From Escherichia coli (lineage in GTDB: Bacteria; Pseudomonadota; Gammaproteobacteria; Enterobacterales; Enterobacteriaceae), in assembly GCF_044324785.1 (NCBI RefSeq), contig NZ_CP172127.1: a stretch of 64,000 bases of DNA. One strand, given 5' to 3'. Positions 16,262 through 30,086 of the stretch are shown piece after piece. The position numbers and the translations under genes are program-made. The notes under the pieces were generated by a model, which saw only the letters and a list, made by a program, of their open reading frames with translations, was not told the origin of the DNA and did not search any database. Every line of letters starts with the position of its first letter. Within the stretch, counting starts at the first letter, position 1.

Positions 16262-17923
16262 ATGATTAACCGTATCCGCGTAGTCACGCTGTTGGTAATG
16301 GTGCTGGGGGTATTCGCACTGTTACAGCTTATTTCCGGCAGTCTGTTTTTTTCTTCCCTTCACCATAGCCAGAAGAGCTTTGTGGTTTCCAATCAATTAC
16401 GGGAACAGCAGGGCGAGCTGACGTCAACCTGGGATTTAATGCTGCAAACGCGCATTAACCTGAGTCGTTCAGCGGTACGGATGATGATGGATTCCTCAAA
16501 TCAACAAAGTAACGCCAAAGTTGAATTACTCGATAGCGCCAGGAAAACATTGGCCCAGGCAGCGACTCATTATAAAAAATTCAAAAGCATGGCACCGTTA
16601 CCTGAAATGGTCGCTACCAGTCGTAATATTGATGAAAAATATAAAAACTATCACACAGCGTTAACTGAACTGATTGATTATCTTGATTATGGCAATACTG
16701 GAGCTTATTTCGCTCAGCCAACCCAGGGAATGCAAAATGCAATGGGCGAAGCGTTTGCTCAGTACGCCCTCAGCAGTGAAAAACTGTATCGCGATATCTT
16801 CACTGACAACGCAGATGATTACCGATTTGCCCAGTGGCAACTGGCGGTTATTGCGCTGGTGGTGGTATTGATTCTGCTGGTGGCGTGGTACGGCATTCGC
16901 CGTATGTTGCTTACACCGCTGGCAAAAATTATTGCTCACATTCGCGAAATCGCCGGTGGTAACCTGGCGAATACCCTGACCATTGACGGGCGCAGTGAAA
17001 TGGGCGACCTGGCGCAGAGCGTTTCACATATGCAACGCTCTTTGACTGACACCGTCACTCATGTGCGTGAAGGTTCAGATGCCATCTATGCCGGTACCCG
17101 TGAAATTGCGGCGGGCAACACCGATCTTTCCTCCCGTACTGAACAGCAGGCATCCGCGCTGGAAGAAACTGCCGCCAGCATGGAGCAGCTCACTGCGACA
17201 GTGAAGCAAAACGCCGATAACGCCCGCCAGGCCTCGCAACTGGCGCAAAGTGCCTCCGATACCGCCCAGCATGGCGGCAAAGTAGTGGATGGCGTAGTGA
17301 AAACGATGCATGAGATCGCCGATAGTTCGAAGAAAATTGCCGACATTATCAGCGTTATCGATGGTATTGCCTTCCAGACTAATATCCTCGCGTTGAATGC
17401 CGCTGTTGAAGCCGCGCGTGCGGGTGAACAGGGCCGTGGTTTTGCCGTGGTGGCGGGCGAAGTGCGTAATCTTGCCAGTCGCAGTGCCCAGGCGGCAAAA
17501 GAGATCAAAGCCCTCATTGAAGACTCCGTCTCGCGCGTTGATACCGGTTCGGTGCTGGTCGAAAGCGCCGGGGAAACAATGAACAATATCGTCAATGCTG
17601 TCACTCGCGTGACTGACATTATGGGCGAGATTGCATCGGCATCGGATGAACAGAGCCGTGGCATCGATCAAGTCGCATTGGCGGTTTCGGAAATGGATCG
17701 CGTCACGCAACAGAACGCATCGCTGGTGCAGGAATCAGCTGCCGCCGCAGCTGCGCTGGAAGAACAGGCCAGTCGTTTAACGCAAGCGGTTTCCGCGTTT
17801 CGTCTGGCAGCCAGCCCACTCACCAATAAACCGCAAACACCATCCCGTCCTGCCAGTGAGCAACCACCGGCACAGCCACGACTGCGAATTGCTGAACAAG
17901 ATCCAAACTGGGAAACATTTTGA
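16262..17923 (+). CDS. tar: Methyl-accepting chemotaxis protein II (aspartate/maltose receptor) Tar
   Basis: ORF track 16241..17923; start MINRIRVVT (553 aa). Confidence 0.93.
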   Translation: MINRIRVVTLLVMVLGVFALLQLISGSLFFSSLHHSQKSFVVSNQLREQQGELTSTWDLMLQTRINLSRSAVRMMMDSSNQQSNAKVELLDSARKTLAQAATHYKKFKSMAPLPEMVATSRNIDEKYKNYHTALTELIDYLDYGNTGAYFAQPTQGMQNAMGEAFAQYALSSEKLYRDIFTDNADDYRFAQWQLAVIALVVVLILLVAWYGIRRMLLTPLAKIIAHIREIAGGNLANTLTIDGRSEMGDLAQSVSHMQRSLTDTVTHVREGSDAIYAGTREIAAGNTDLSSRTEQQASALEETAASMEQLTATVKQNADNARQASQLAQSASDTAQHGGKVVDGVVKTMHEIADSSKKIADIISVIDGIAFQTNILALNAAVEAARAGEQGRGFAVVAGEVRNLASRSAQAAKEIKALIEDSVSRVDTGSVLVESAGETMNNIVNAVTRVTDIMGEIASASDEQSRGIDQVALAVSEMDRVTQQNASLVQESAAAAAALEEQASRLTQAVSAFRLAASPLTNKPQTPSRPASEQPPAQPRLRIAEQDPNWETF

Positions 17924-17968
17924 CGAGTATTTACTAACGCGGTCATTGCCGCCTGATGGGGAGCGTTG

Positions 17969-19570
17969 ATGTTTAATCGTATTCGAATTTCGACCACGCT
18001 GTTTTTAATTTTGATTCTCTGCGGGATCTTGCAGATTGGCAGTAACGGCATGTCTTTTTGGGCATTTCGCGACGATTTGCAACGACTGAATCAGGTCGAG
18101 CAGAGCAATCAGCAACGTGCGGCATTAGCGCAAACTCGGGCGGTAATGTTACAGGCCAGTACCGCGCTGAACAAAGCGGGCACTCTGACGGCGCTTAGCT
18201 ATCCGGCGGATGACATTAAAACGTTGATGACGACGGCGCGCGCCAGTCTGACGCAATCCACCACGCTGTTTAAAAGTTTTATGGCGATGACTGCGGGCAA
18301 CGAGCACGTCAGGGCATTGCAAAAAGAGACGGAGAAAAGTTTTGCCCGCTGGCACAACGATCTCGAACATCAGGCGACCTGGCTTGAAAGTAATCAACTT
18401 TCGGATTTCCTTACTGCGCCGGTGCAGGGATCACAGAATGCGTTTGACGTTAACTTTGAGGCCTGGCAGCTGGAGATCAACCATGTGCTGGAAGCCGCCA
18501 GTGCGCAAAGCCAGCGTAACTATCAGATTTCGGCGCTGGTGTTTATCAGCATGATTATTGTTGCGGCGATCTACATCAGCAGTGCGCTGTGGTGGACGCG
18601 CAAGATGATTGTTCAACCACTGGCCATTATCGGTAGCCATTTTGACAGCATTGCTGCGGGTAATCTGGCGCGTCCGATTGCGGTATATGGTCGTAATGAG
18701 ATCACCGCCATTTTTGCCAGCCTGAAGACCATGCAGCAGGCTTTGCGTGGGACGGTGAGTGATGTGCGTAAGGGAAGCCAGGAGATGCACATTGGTATCG
18801 CGGAGATTGTCGCAGGCAATAACGATCTCTCAAGTCGTACCGAACAGCAGGCGGCATCGCTGGCACAAACGGCCGCCAGTATGGAGCAATTAACCGCCAC
18901 GGTAGGGCAAAACGCCGATAACGCACGACAGGCGTCGGAACTGGCAAAAAATGCCGCGACAACGGCGCAGGCGGGCGGTGTTCAGGTTAGTACCATGACT
19001 CACACCATGCAGGAGATCGCCACCAGCTCGCAAAAAATTGGCGACATTATCAGCGTTATCGACGGCATTGCTTTCCAGACCAATATTCTGGCCCTGAATG
19101 CGGCAGTGGAAGCGGCTCGCGCCGGAGAGCAGGGGCGTGGTTTTGCGGTAGTGGCAGGTGAAGTGCGCAATCTTGCCAGCCGTAGCGCCCAGGCAGCAAA
19201 AGAGATCAAAGGGCTGATCGAAGAGTCAGTCAATCGTGTCCAGCAGGGTTCGAAACTGGTGAATAACGCCGCCGCGACCATGACCGATATTGTCAGTTCG
19301 GTGACCCGCGTGAACGACATTATGGGAGAAATTGCTTCGGCGTCGGAAGAACAACGGCGGGGGATTGAGCAGGTTGCGCAGGCTGTCAGCCAGATGGATC
19401 AGGTGACACAGCAGAACGCCTCGCTGGTAGAAGAAGCGGCGGCGGCAACGGAACAACTGGCGAACCAGGCTGACCATCTTTCGTCGCGTGTGGCGGTATT
19501 TACCCTTGAAGAACATGAAGTAGCACGACATGAGTCGGCGCAGTTACATTTTGCGCCAGTGGTATCCTGA
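17969..19570 (+). CDS. tap: Methyl-accepting chemotaxis protein IV (dipeptide receptor) Tap
   Basis: ORF track 17966..19570; start MFNRIRIST (533 aa). Confidence 0.93.
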   Translation: MFNRIRISTTLFLILILCGILQIGSNGMSFWAFRDDLQRLNQVEQSNQQRAALAQTRAVMLQASTALNKAGTLTALSYPADDIKTLMTTARASLTQSTTLFKSFMAMTAGNEHVRALQKETEKSFARWHNDLEHQATWLESNQLSDFLTAPVQGSQNAFDVNFEAWQLEINHVLEAASAQSQRNYQISALVFISMIIVAAIYISSALWWTRKMIVQPLAIIGSHFDSIAAGNLARPIAVYGRNEITAIFASLKTMQQALRGTVSDVRKGSQEMHIGIAEIVAGNNDLSSRTEQQAASLAQTAASMEQLTATVGQNADNARQASELAKNAATTAQAGGVQVSTMTHTMQEIATSSQKIGDIISVIDGIAFQTNILALNAAVEAARAGEQGRGFAVVAGEVRNLASRSAQAAKEIKGLIEESVNRVQQGSKLVNNAAATMTDIVSSVTRVNDIMGEIASASEEQRRGIEQVAQAVSQMDQVTQQNASLVEEAAAATEQLANQADHLSSRVAVFTLEEHEVARHESAQLHFAPVVS

Positions 19571-19588
19571 AGTGATTGAGAAGGCGCT

Positions 19589-20449
19589 ATGACTTCATCT
19601 CTGCCCTGTGGGCAAACGTCTTTATTGTTACAGATGACCGAGCGCCTGGCGCTTTCCGACGCGCATTTTCGGCGGATAAGTCAATTGATCTATCAACGAG
19701 CCGGGATCGTCCTGGCCGACCATAAACGCGACATGGTTTACAACCGACTGGTTCGTCGTTTGCGTTCGCTGGGACTGACGGATTTCGGCCATTACTTGAA
19801 CTTGCTGGAATCTAATCAGCACAGCGGTGAGTGGCAGGCGTTTATCAATTCGCTGACCACGAATCTGACGGCTTTTTTCCGTGAGGCGCATCATTTTCCT
19901 CTGCTCGCGGATCACGCCCGGCGTCGTTCTGGCGAGTATCGCGTATGGAGCGCGGCGGCTTCGACCGGCGAAGAGCCGTACAGCATTGCGATGACGCTGG
20001 CTGACACATTGGGCACCGCGCCCGGACGCTGGAAAGTGTTTGCCAGCGACATTGACACCGAAGTGCTGGAAAAAGCCAGAAGCGGTATTTATCGCCATGA
20101 AGAGCTGAAAAATCTGACGCCGCAGCAACTGCAGCGGTACTTCATGCGAGGGACGGGACCGCATCAAGGGCTGGTACGCGTGCGTCAGGAATTGGCGAAT
20201 TATGTTGATTTTGCCCCGCTGAATTTACTGGCGAAACAGTACACCGTGCCGGGGCCGTTTGATGCGATCTTCTGTCGTAACGTCATGATCTACTTCGATC
20301 AAACTACCCAGCAGGAGATTTTGCGCCGCTTTGTTCCGCTCCTTAAACCCGACGGATTGCTGTTTGCGGGTCACTCTGAAAACTTTAGCCACCTTGAGCG
20401 CCGCTTCACGCTGCGTGGTCAGACGGTGTATGCGCTAAGTAAGGATTAA
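19589..20449 (+). CDS. cheR: Chemotaxis protein methyltransferase CheR
   Basis: ORF track 286 aa. Confidence 0.95.
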
Positions 20450-20451
20450 CG

Positions 20452-21905
<1,454 letters not shown>

Positions 21906-21915
21906 GGATGCGACT

Positions 21916-22560
21916 ATGATGCAACCATCAATCAAACCTGCTGACGAGCATTCAGCTGGCGATATCATTGCGCGCATCGGCAGCCTGACGCGTATGCTGC
22001 GCGACAGTTTGCGGGAGCTGGGGCTGGATCAGGCCATTGCCGAAGCGGCGGAAGCCATCCCCGATGCGCGCGATCGTTTGTACTATGTTGTGCAGATGAC
22101 CGCCCAGGCTGCGGAGCGGGCGCTGAACAGTGTTGAGGCGTCACAACCGCATCAGGATCAAATGGAGAAATCAGCAAAAGCGTTAACCCAACGTTGGGAT
22201 GACTGGTTTGCCGATCCGATTGACCTTGCCGACGCCCGTGAACTGGTAACAGATACGCGGCAATTTCTGGCAGATGTACCCGCACATACCAGCTTTACTA
22301 ACGCGCAACTGCTGGAAATCATGATGGCGCAGGATTTTCAGGATCTCACCGGGCAGGTTATTAAGCGGATGATGGATGTCATTCAGGAGATCGAACGTCA
22401 GTTGCTGATGGTGCTGTTGGAAAACATCCCGGAACAGGAGTCGCGTCCAAAACGTGAAAACCAGAGTTTGCTTAATGGACCTCAGGTCGATACCAGCAAA
22501 GCCGGTGTGGTAGCCAGTCAGGATCAGGTGGACGATTTGTTGGATAGTCTTGGATTTTGA
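21916..22560 (+). CDS. cheZ: CheY-P phosphatase CheZ
   Basis: ORF track 21886..22560 (TTG-initiated frame); ATG at 21916 gives [10 protein letters not shown] (214 aa). Confidence 0.93.
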
Positions 22561-22568
22561 TTTGTATT

Positions 22569-22633
22569 GCCTGATGTGGCGTGACTACGTCATATCAGGC
22601 GGTCGGATAACGCGATGACGCCGCATCCGACAA
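22569..22633. repeat. REP/BIME element (two REP-like palindromic units) between cheZ and flhB
   Basis: gcctgatgtggcgtgactacgtcatatcaggc followed by ggtcggataacgcgatgacgccgcatccgacaa, resembling the enterobacterial REP consensus. Confidence 0.6.
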
Positions 22634-22761
22634 ACGCACATTATGCTTGATGTGTGGCAGCAAAAGCCCTAAATCCCGCCTGTTTTGCCTCTTACTCAAA
22701 CCATTGAACGCTTTGCGCTCTGGCATCATTTACGCTTAATACTCTTTCCAGGATTGGCGAC

Positions 22762-23910
22762 GTGTCTGACGAGAGCGACGACAAAACAGAAGCCCCCACA
22801 CCTCACCGACTAGAAAAAGCGCGGGAAGAGGGGCAAATCCCGCGTTCTCGTGAACTGACTTCACTGCTGATTTTGGTGGTGGGCGTTAGTGTTATCTGGT
22901 TTGGCGGTGTGTCGCTGGCCCGTCGATTGTCGGGCATGCTCTCCGCTGGGCTGCATTTTGATCACAGTATTATCAATGACCCAAATCTGATCCTCGGGCA
23001 GATTATTCTGCTGATCAGAGAAGCCATGCTGGCGCTGCTGCCACTGATTAGCGGCGTGGTGCTGGTGGCGCTCATTTCTCCGGTCATGCTGGGAGGGCTG
23101 GTATTTAGCGGCAAATCCTTGCAGCCGAAGTTTTCCAAACTCAACCCGCTACCGGGCATTAAACGGATGTTCTCGGCACAGACTGGCGCGGAGTTGCTTA
23201 AGGCAATTTTGAAAACCATCCTGGTTGGCAGCGTGACGGGATTTTTTCTCTGGCATCACTGGCCGCAGATGATGCGCTTAATGGCCGAGTCTCCGATTAC
23301 CGCCATGGGTAATGCGATGGATCTGGTAGGGCTATGCGCGCTGCTGGTGGTACTTGGTGTTATTCCGATGGTGGGATTTGACGTCTTTTTCCAAATCTTC
23401 AGCCACCTGAAAAAGCTGCGAATGTCGCGGCAGGATATTCGTGATGAGTTCAAACAAAGCGAAGGCGATCCTCATGTTAAAGGGCGGATCCGTCAGATGC
23501 AGCGAGCTGCCGCGCGGCGTCGGATGATGGCCGATGTGCCGAAAGCGGATGTCATTGTCAATAACCCGACCCACTATTCGGTAGCGTTGCAGTATGACGA
23601 AAACAAAATGAGCGCACCGAAAGTGGTCGCTAAAGGTGCAGGGCTGGTCGCGCTGCGCATTCGTGAAATTGGCGCTGAAAATAACGTCCCTACGCTTGAA
23701 GCGCCGCCGCTGGCGCGAGCGCTGTATCGACATGCGGAGATCGGTCAACAAATCCCGGGTCAACTGTACGCCGCGGTGGCGGAAGTGCTGGCCTGGGTCT
23801 GGCAACTGAAACGCTGGCGTCTGGCTGGTGGACAGCGCCCTGTACAACCTACTCATCTTCCGGTGCCGGAAGCCCTGGATTTTATTAACGAGAAACCGAC
23901 CCATGAGTAA
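22762..23910 (+). CDS. flhB: Flagellar export apparatus protein FlhB
   Basis: ORF track 382 aa (GTG start), conserved NPTH autocleavage motif present. Confidence 0.95.
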   Translation: MSDESDDKTEAPTPHRLEKAREEGQIPRSRELTSLLILVVGVSVIWFGGVSLARRLSGMLSAGLHFDHSIINDPNLILGQIILLIREAMLALLPLISGVVLVALISPVMLGGLVFSGKSLQPKFSKLNPLPGIKRMFSAQTGAELLKAILKTILVGSVTGFFLWHHWPQMMRLMAESPITAMGNAMDLVGLCALLVVLGVIPMVGFDVFFQIFSHLKKLRMSRQDIRDEFKQSEGDPHVKGRIRQMQRAAARRRMMADVPKADVIVNNPTHYSVALQYDENKMSAPKVVAKGAGLVALRIREIGAENNVPTLEAPPLARALYRHAEIGQQIPGQLYAAVAEVLAWVWQLKRWRLAGGQRPVQPTHLPVPEALDFINEKPTHE

Positions 23911-25981
23911 TCTGGCCGCGATGCTGCGCCTGCCTGCAAACCTGAAATCGACACAATGGCAGATCCTTGCCGGACCGATTTTGATCCTGCTGATCTTGTC
24001 GATGATGGTGCTGCCACTGCCCGCATTCATACTCGACCTGCTGTTTACCTTCAATATTGCCTTGTCGATCATGGTGTTGCTGGTGGCGATGTTTACCCAG
24101 CGCACGCTTGAGTTTGCTGCGTTTCCGACCATTCTGTTGTTTACCACGCTGTTGCGTCTGGCACTTAACGTGGCTTCAACCCGTATCATTTTGATGGAAG
24201 GGCATACCGGCGCGGCGGCGGCTGGGAAGGTGGTCGAAGCGTTCGGTCACTTCCTCGTTGGTGGCAATTTTGCTATCGGTATCGTGGTGTTCGTCATTCT
24301 CGTGATCATCAACTTTATGGTTATCACCAAAGGTGCCGGGCGTATTGCGGAAGTGGGCGCGCGCTTTGTTCTCGATGGTATGCCGGGTAAGCAGATGGCG
24401 ATTGACGCCGACCTTAACGCCGGATTGATTGGTGAAGATGAGGCGAAAAAACGCCGCTCCGAAGTGACTCAGGAAGCCGATTTTTACGGCTCAATGGACG
24501 GGGCAAGTAAATTTGTTCGCGGCGATGCCATCGCCGGGATCCTCATCATGGTCATTAACGTTGTCGGCGGGTTGCTGGTCGGCGTGCTGCAACATGGCAT
24601 GAGCATGGGACACGCCGCGGAAAGTTATACGCTATTGACCATTGGCGACGGTCTGGTGGCACAAATCCCGGCGCTGGTGATTTCTACCGCCGCGGGGGTC
24701 ATCGTTACGCGTGTCAGCACCGATCAGGATGTTGGCGAGCAGATGGTGAATCAGCTTTTCAGTAACCCGAGCGTTATGTTGTTAAGTGCCGCCGTGCTCG
24801 GTTTACTCGGCCTGGTGCCTGGAATGCCGAACCTGGTATTTTTGCTGTTCACTGCCGGATTGCTGGGGCTGGCCTGGTGGATCCGCGGACGCGAACAAAA
24901 AGCGCCTGCCGAACCAAAACCGGTAAAAATGGCAGAGAATAATGCCGTTGTCGAAGCGACGTGGAACGATGTACAACTGGAAGATTCTCTGGGAATGGAA
25001 GTGGGTTATCGACTGATCCCGATGGTCGATTTCCAGCAGGATGGTGAGTTGCTGGGCCGTATACGCAGTATTCGCAAGAAATTTGCCCAGGAGATGGGGT
25101 TTCTGCCGCCGGTGGTGCACATTCGCGACAATATGGATCTGCAACCTGCCCGCTATCGCATTTTGATGAAAGGCGTGGAGATAGGCAGTGGTGATGCTTA
25201 TCCGGGGCGTTGGTTGGCGATTAACCCTGGTACCGCTGCCGGGACGTTACCTGGTGAGGCGACCGTCGATCCGGCATTTGGCCTGAATGCTATCTGGATT
25301 GAAAGTGCGCTTAAAGAACAGGCGCAGATTCAGGGGTACACCGTGGTTGAGGCCAGCACGGTGGTGGCAACGCATCTTAACCACCTCATTAGCCAGCATG
25401 CCGCAGAGCTGTTTGGTCGTCAGGAGGCGCAACAGCTGTTGGATCGCGTCGCCCAAGAGATGCCAAAGCTGACGGAAGATCTCGTTCCTGGCGTCGTCAC
25501 GCTCACCACACTGCATAAAGTGCTGCAAAATCTGCTCGATGAAAAAGTACCGATTCGCGATATGCGCACCATTCTCGAAACGCTGGCGGAACATGCGCCC
25601 ATCCAAAGCGATCCACATGAATTAACCGCCGTCGTGCGCGTGGCGTTGGGACGGGCGATTACCCAGCAGTGGTTTCCTGGCAAAGATGAAGTTCATGTTA
25701 TTGGCCTCGATACACCGCTGGAACGTTTGTTGCTACAGGCGTTGCAGGGCGGGGGCGGACTGGAGCCAGGGCTGGCGGATCGTTTACTGGCGCAAACTCA
25801 GGAAGCGCTATCCCGTCAGGAGATGTTGGGTGCGCCGCCAGTTTTATTGGTGAACCACGCGCTGCGACCATTATTGTCTCGCTTCCTGCGCCGCAGCCTG
25901 CCGCAGTTAGTGGTGCTGTCGAATCTGGAACTGTCTGATAACCGACATATCCGCATGACGGCGACAATTGGCGGTAAATGA
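23903..25981 (+). CDS. flhA: Flagellar export apparatus protein FlhA
   Basis: ORF track 23828..25981; start MSNLAAMLRLP at 23903 (692 aa); overlaps flhB by 8 nt. Confidence 0.95.
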   Translation: MSNLAAMLRLPANLKSTQWQILAGPILILLILSMMVLPLPAFILDLLFTFNIALSIMVLLVAMFTQRTLEFAAFPTILLFTTLLRLALNVASTRIILMEGHTGAAAAGKVVEAFGHFLVGGNFAIGIVVFVILVIINFMVITKGAGRIAEVGARFVLDGMPGKQMAIDADLNAGLIGEDEAKKRRSEVTQEADFYGSMDGASKFVRGDAIAGILIMVINVVGGLLVGVLQHGMSMGHAAESYTLLTIGDGLVAQIPALVISTAAGVIVTRVSTDQDVGEQMVNQLFSNPSVMLLSAAVLGLLGLVPGMPNLVFLLFTAGLLGLAWWIRGREQKAPAEPKPVKMAENNAVVEATWNDVQLEDSLGMEVGYRLIPMVDFQQDGELLGRIRSIRKKFAQEMGFLPPVVHIRDNMDLQPARYRILMKGVEIGSGDAYPGRWLAINPGTAAGTLPGEATVDPAFGLNAIWIESALKEQAQIQGYTVVEASTVVATHLNHLISQHAAELFGRQEAQQLLDRVAQEMPKLTEDLVPGVVTLTTLHKVLQNLLDEKVPIRDMRTILETLAEHAPIQSDPHELTAVVRVALGRAITQQWFPGKDEVHVIGLDTPLERLLLQALQGGGGLEPGLADRLLAQTQEALSRQEMLGAPPVLLVNHALRPLLSRFLRRSLPQLVVLSNLELSDNRHIRMTATIGGK

Positions 25982-26373
25982 TGAGAACCTTATTAGCAAT
26001 ATTATTGTTTCCGCTGCTGGTGCAAGCCGCCGGGGAGGGGATGTGGCAGGCAAGTAGTGTCGGAATTACGCTAAATCACCGTGGTGAGTCGATGTCGTCA
26101 GCGCCTCTTTCTACTCGACAACCTGCTGCAGGATTGATGACGCTGGTGGCGTGGCGTTATCAGCTTATCGGCCCGACACCTGCAGGACTGCGGGTTCGCT
26201 TGTGTTCACAATCTCGTTGTGTCGAATTAGATGGGCAGAGCGGAACCACCGTGGCCTTTTCCGGTATAGCGGCAGCAGAACCGTTGCGCTTTATCTGGGA
26301 AGTGCCTGGCGGTGGGCGGTTAATTCCGCCGCTAAAGGTACAACGTAATGAAGTGATTGTGAATTATCGTTAA
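25981..26373 (+). CDS. flhE: Flagellar protein FlhE
   Basis: ORF track 25978..26373; signal peptide; start overlaps flhA stop. Confidence 0.9.
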   Translation: MRTLLAILLFPLLVQAAGEGMWQASSVGITLNHRGESMSSAPLSTRQPAAGLMTLVAWRYQLIGPTPAGLRVRLCSQSRCVELDGQSGTTVAFSGIAAAEPLRFIWEVPGGGRLIPPLKVQRNEVIVNYR

Positions 26374-26376
26374 TGA

Positions 26377-26412
26377 TAAAAAAGCCGATGTCTGCCATGA
26401 CATCGGCTTTTG
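26377..26412. terminator. Bidirectional rho-independent terminator between convergent flhE and argS
   Basis: A-tract, stem gccgatgtc / gacatcggc, T-tract. Confidence 0.75.
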
Positions 26413-26425
26413 CCGTATAACGCGA

Positions 26426-28159
26426 TTACATACGCTCTACTGTCTCAATACCCAGCGTATCCAGACCCAGTTTCAGCGTCTTCGCCGTCAGTTGTGCCAG
26501 TTTCAGACGGCTGTTACGCACTTCTTCGTTTTCTGCGCTGAGGATCGGGCAGTGCTCGTAGAAACCAGAGAACAGACCGGCCAGATCGTACAGGTAAGCA
26601 CACATTACATGCGGCGTGCCTTCACGGGCAACCACGGTGAGGGTTTCTTCAAACTGCAGCAGGCGAGCTGCCAGTTGCGCTTCACGATCTTCACGGATGA
26701 TAACCGGAGCTGCAGCCAGTTGCTCTTCGTCAATTTCTGCTTTACGGAACACGGACAATACACGCGTGTAAGCATACTGCATGTATGGCGCGGTATTACC
26801 CTCAAACGCCAGCATGTTGTCCCAGTCGAAGATGTAGTCGGTAGTGCGGTTTTTGGAGAGATCTGCATATTTCACCGCACCAATACCAACCGCGTTAGCC
26901 AGTTTTTCCAGCTCGTCGGCTGGCATGTCCGGGTTTTTCTCTGCCACCAGACGGCGTGCGCGTTCCAGGGCTTCATCCAGCAGATCGGCCAGTTTCACCG
27001 TACCGCCAGCACGGGTTTTGAACGGTTTGCCGTCTTTACCCAGCATCATGCCGAACATGTGGTGTTCCAGCGGTACGGATTCCGGTACATAGCCTGCTTT
27101 GCGGACGATAGCCCACGCCTGCATCAGGTGTTGATGCTGACGGGAGTCGATGTAATACAGCACGCGATCGGCATGCAGTGTTTCATAACGATATTTCGCA
27201 CAGGCGATATCAGTGGTGGTGTAGAGATAGCCGCCATCTTTCTTCTGAATGATCACGCCCATCGGTTCGCCTTCCTTGTTTTTGAACTCATCAAGGAATA
27301 CGACGGTCGCGCCTTCGCTTTCTACTGCGAGACCTTTGGCTTTGAGATCTGCCACGATACCCGGCAGCATCGGGTTATAGAGGCTTTCGCCCATCACGTC
27401 ATCACGGGTCAGAGTCACGTTGAGACGATCGTAGGTGATCTGGTTCTGCGTCATGGTGATGTCGACCAGTTTGCGCCACATCTCGCGGAAATATTCGTCA
27501 CCGCTTTGCAGTTTTACCACGTAGTTACGTGCGCGCTCGGCGAACTCTTCATCTTCATCGTAATGCTTTTTCGCATCGCGGTAGAAACCTTCAAGGTCAG
27601 CCAGCTCCATTTCACCGGCGTTTTCCTGCTGCTGCTTTTCCAGCCATGCAATCAGCATACCGAACTGAGTGCCCCAGTCGCCGACGTGGTTTGCGCGAAT
27701 CACTTTGTGACCGAGGAACTCCAGAGTACGCACTGCTGCGTCACCAATAATGGTAGAGCGCAGGTGACCAACGTGCATCTCTTTCGCCACGTTTGGCGCA
27801 GAGTAGTCAACCACAATGGTCTGTTTTTCCGGCGTAGCAACACCGAGACGATCGGACGCCAGCGCCTGCTGAACATGTTCAGCCAGGAATGCCGGATCAA
27901 GGAAAATGTTGATAAAGCCAGGACCGGCGATCTCAACTTTGCTGGCGATACCGTTAAGATCCAGATGAGTCAGCACCTGCTCTGCTAATTGTCGCGGTGC
28001 CATACCCAGTTTTTTAGCAACTGCCATCATGCCGTTAGCCTGATAGTCGCCGAACTGAACTTTTGCTGACTGACGAACCTGCGGTTCGCAATCCGCAGGC
28101 GCGCCTGCCGCAATCATGGCCTGACGGACTTTTTCTGAGAGAAGAGCCTGAATATTCAC
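26426..28159 (-). CDS. argS: Arginine--tRNA ligase ArgS
   Basis: ORF track 577 aa; class I aaRS HIGH-type motif HVGH present. Confidence 0.97.
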   Translation of the reverse strand: MNIQALLSEKVRQAMIAAGAPADCEPQVRQSAKVQFGDYQANGMMAVAKKLGMAPRQLAEQVLTHLDLNGIASKVEIAGPGFINIFLDPAFLAEHVQQALASDRLGVATPEKQTIVVDYSAPNVAKEMHVGHLRSTIIGDAAVRTLEFLGHKVIRANHVGDWGTQFGMLIAWLEKQQQENAGEMELADLEGFYRDAKKHYDEDEEFAERARNYVVKLQSGDEYFREMWRKLVDITMTQNQITYDRLNVTLTRDDVMGESLYNPMLPGIVADLKAKGLAVESEGATVVFLDEFKNKEGEPMGVIIQKKDGGYLYTTTDIACAKYRYETLHADRVLYYIDSRQHQHLMQAWAIVRKAGYVPESVPLEHHMFGMMLGKDGKPFKTRAGGTVKLADLLDEALERARRLVAEKNPDMPADELEKLANAVGIGAVKYADLSKNRTTDYIFDWDNMLAFEGNTAPYMQYAYTRVLSVFRKAEIDEEQLAAAPVIIREDREAQLAARLLQFEETLTVVAREGTPHVMCAYLYDLAGLFSGFYEHCPILSAENEEVRNSRLKLAQLTAKTLKLGLDTLGIETVERM

Positions 28160-28374
28160 CGGAATACCTTACATTGATGAAGCGAGCAAAAATTACCCGC
28201 ACCAGTTAAAGAAATTAGGGCGGGAGTATACTGCAAATGGCTGTTTTCGTCAGCAACGTGCGCGTGGCGTATTGCCGTTTTCACTATTGCATCAGAAGCG
28301 GCGTGAAATCAGCGGTTGGTTGGCGCAGGGCAACAGGGTAAATTAACGCTTTTACTGAAAGACGAAGAGTGATT

Positions 28375-28941
28375 ATGGCGAACTGGCAATCTATCGACGA
28401 GCTGCAGGATATTGCATCGGATTTACTGCGATTTACCCACGCATTAGATGAACTTTCCCGCCGTCTGGGGTTGGATATCACTCCGCTGACTGCCGATCAC
28501 ATTTCTTTGCGTTGCCATCAAAACGCCACTGCTGAGCGCTGGCGTCGCGGGTTTGAACAGTGCGGCGAGCTTTTGTCAGAAAATATGATCAATGGCAGGC
28601 CGATTTGTCTGTTTAAATTGCATGAACCGGTACAGGTTGCGCACTGGCAGTTTTCCATTGTGGAGCTACCGTGGCCCGGGGAAAAACGTTACCCGCACGA
28701 AGGTTGGGAACATATTGAAATCGTTCTGCCGGGTGATCCAGAAACGCTGAATGCCCGTGCGCTGGCATTGCTTTCTGATGAAGGACTCAGCCTGCCGGGG
28801 ATCTCAGTTAAAACCAGTTCGCCAAAAGGTGAGCATGAGCGATTACCGAATCCGACGCTGGCGGTCACCGATGGCAAAACGACCATTAAATTTCATCCGT
28901 GGTCCATTGAAGAGATCGTTGCCAGCGAGCAGTCGGCGTAA
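28375..28941 (+). CDS. yecM: VOC/glyoxalase-like protein YecM
   Basis: ORF track 28369..28941; start MANWQSIDE (188 aa). Confidence 0.88.
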   Translation: MANWQSIDELQDIASDLLRFTHALDELSRRLGLDITPLTADHISLRCHQNATAERWRRGFEQCGELLSENMINGRPICLFKLHEPVQVAHWQFSIVELPWPGEKRYPHEGWEHIEIVLPGDPETLNARALALLSDEGLSLPGISVKTSSPKGEHERLPNPTLAVTDGKTTIKFHPWSIEEIVASEQSA

Positions 28942-28945
28942 TTAA

Positions 28946-29701
<756 letters not shown>

Positions 29702-29747
29702 TTTTTACCGTTGCATCATGTCGCCCAATATGATGCTTGCTCGTACC

Positions 29748-29781
29748 AGGCCCCTGCAATTTCAACAGGGGCCTTTTTTTA
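29748..29781 (+). terminator. Rho-independent terminator after cutC
   Basis: Stem aggcccctg / caggggcct followed by TTTTTTT. Confidence 0.8.
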
Positions 29782-30086
29782 TCCCCGAGAAGTATAAAAA
29801 ACGAACGATTTCCGTGATCAGTTGAGCGCGTGACAGTGCGCATAGCGTTGTGCTAAAAATTTTTATATATTCATATTAATTATGTAATTTAAATTACTAA
29901 AACTGACAAATATATATTCTAAATAACAACTGGGTTATTCCTTAGCAATTAATGATTACATTGTAATAAATCATATTCTTTATCGATTATTTCAGGCAGT
30001 GTTGTGCCGAATTATGCAAGCGGTCAATTCGTTGTATATTTAATTATACAATGATTTCGGTGTTCTGGAATTAATTAGAGGAATCT

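Noticed and set aside
22569-22633. Possible CRISPR array suggested by repeated GC-rich palindromes here and at 33693..33791, 43874..44004 and 49091..49125
   Set aside because: The units are REP/BIME palindromes: irregular spacing, inverted orientations, single or few copies per locus, and no adjacent cas genes.
26492-27988. 498-aa ORF on the + strand antisense to argS; similar long antisense ORFs at 37865..39043 (aspS), 23332..24189 (flhB/flhA), 52140..53039 (zwf), 17075..17710 (tar) and 61329..62012 (ptrB)
   Set aside because: Each lies entirely inside a gene whose sense-strand product is a well-recognised conserved protein; long antisense frames are expected by chance in high-GC coding sequence and show no start context or recognisable product.
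29702-30086. AT-rich 385-bp cutC-torY intergenic region as possible horizontally acquired DNA
   Set aside because: It contains the cutC terminator and is the expected torYZ promoter region; no coding potential or repeats.
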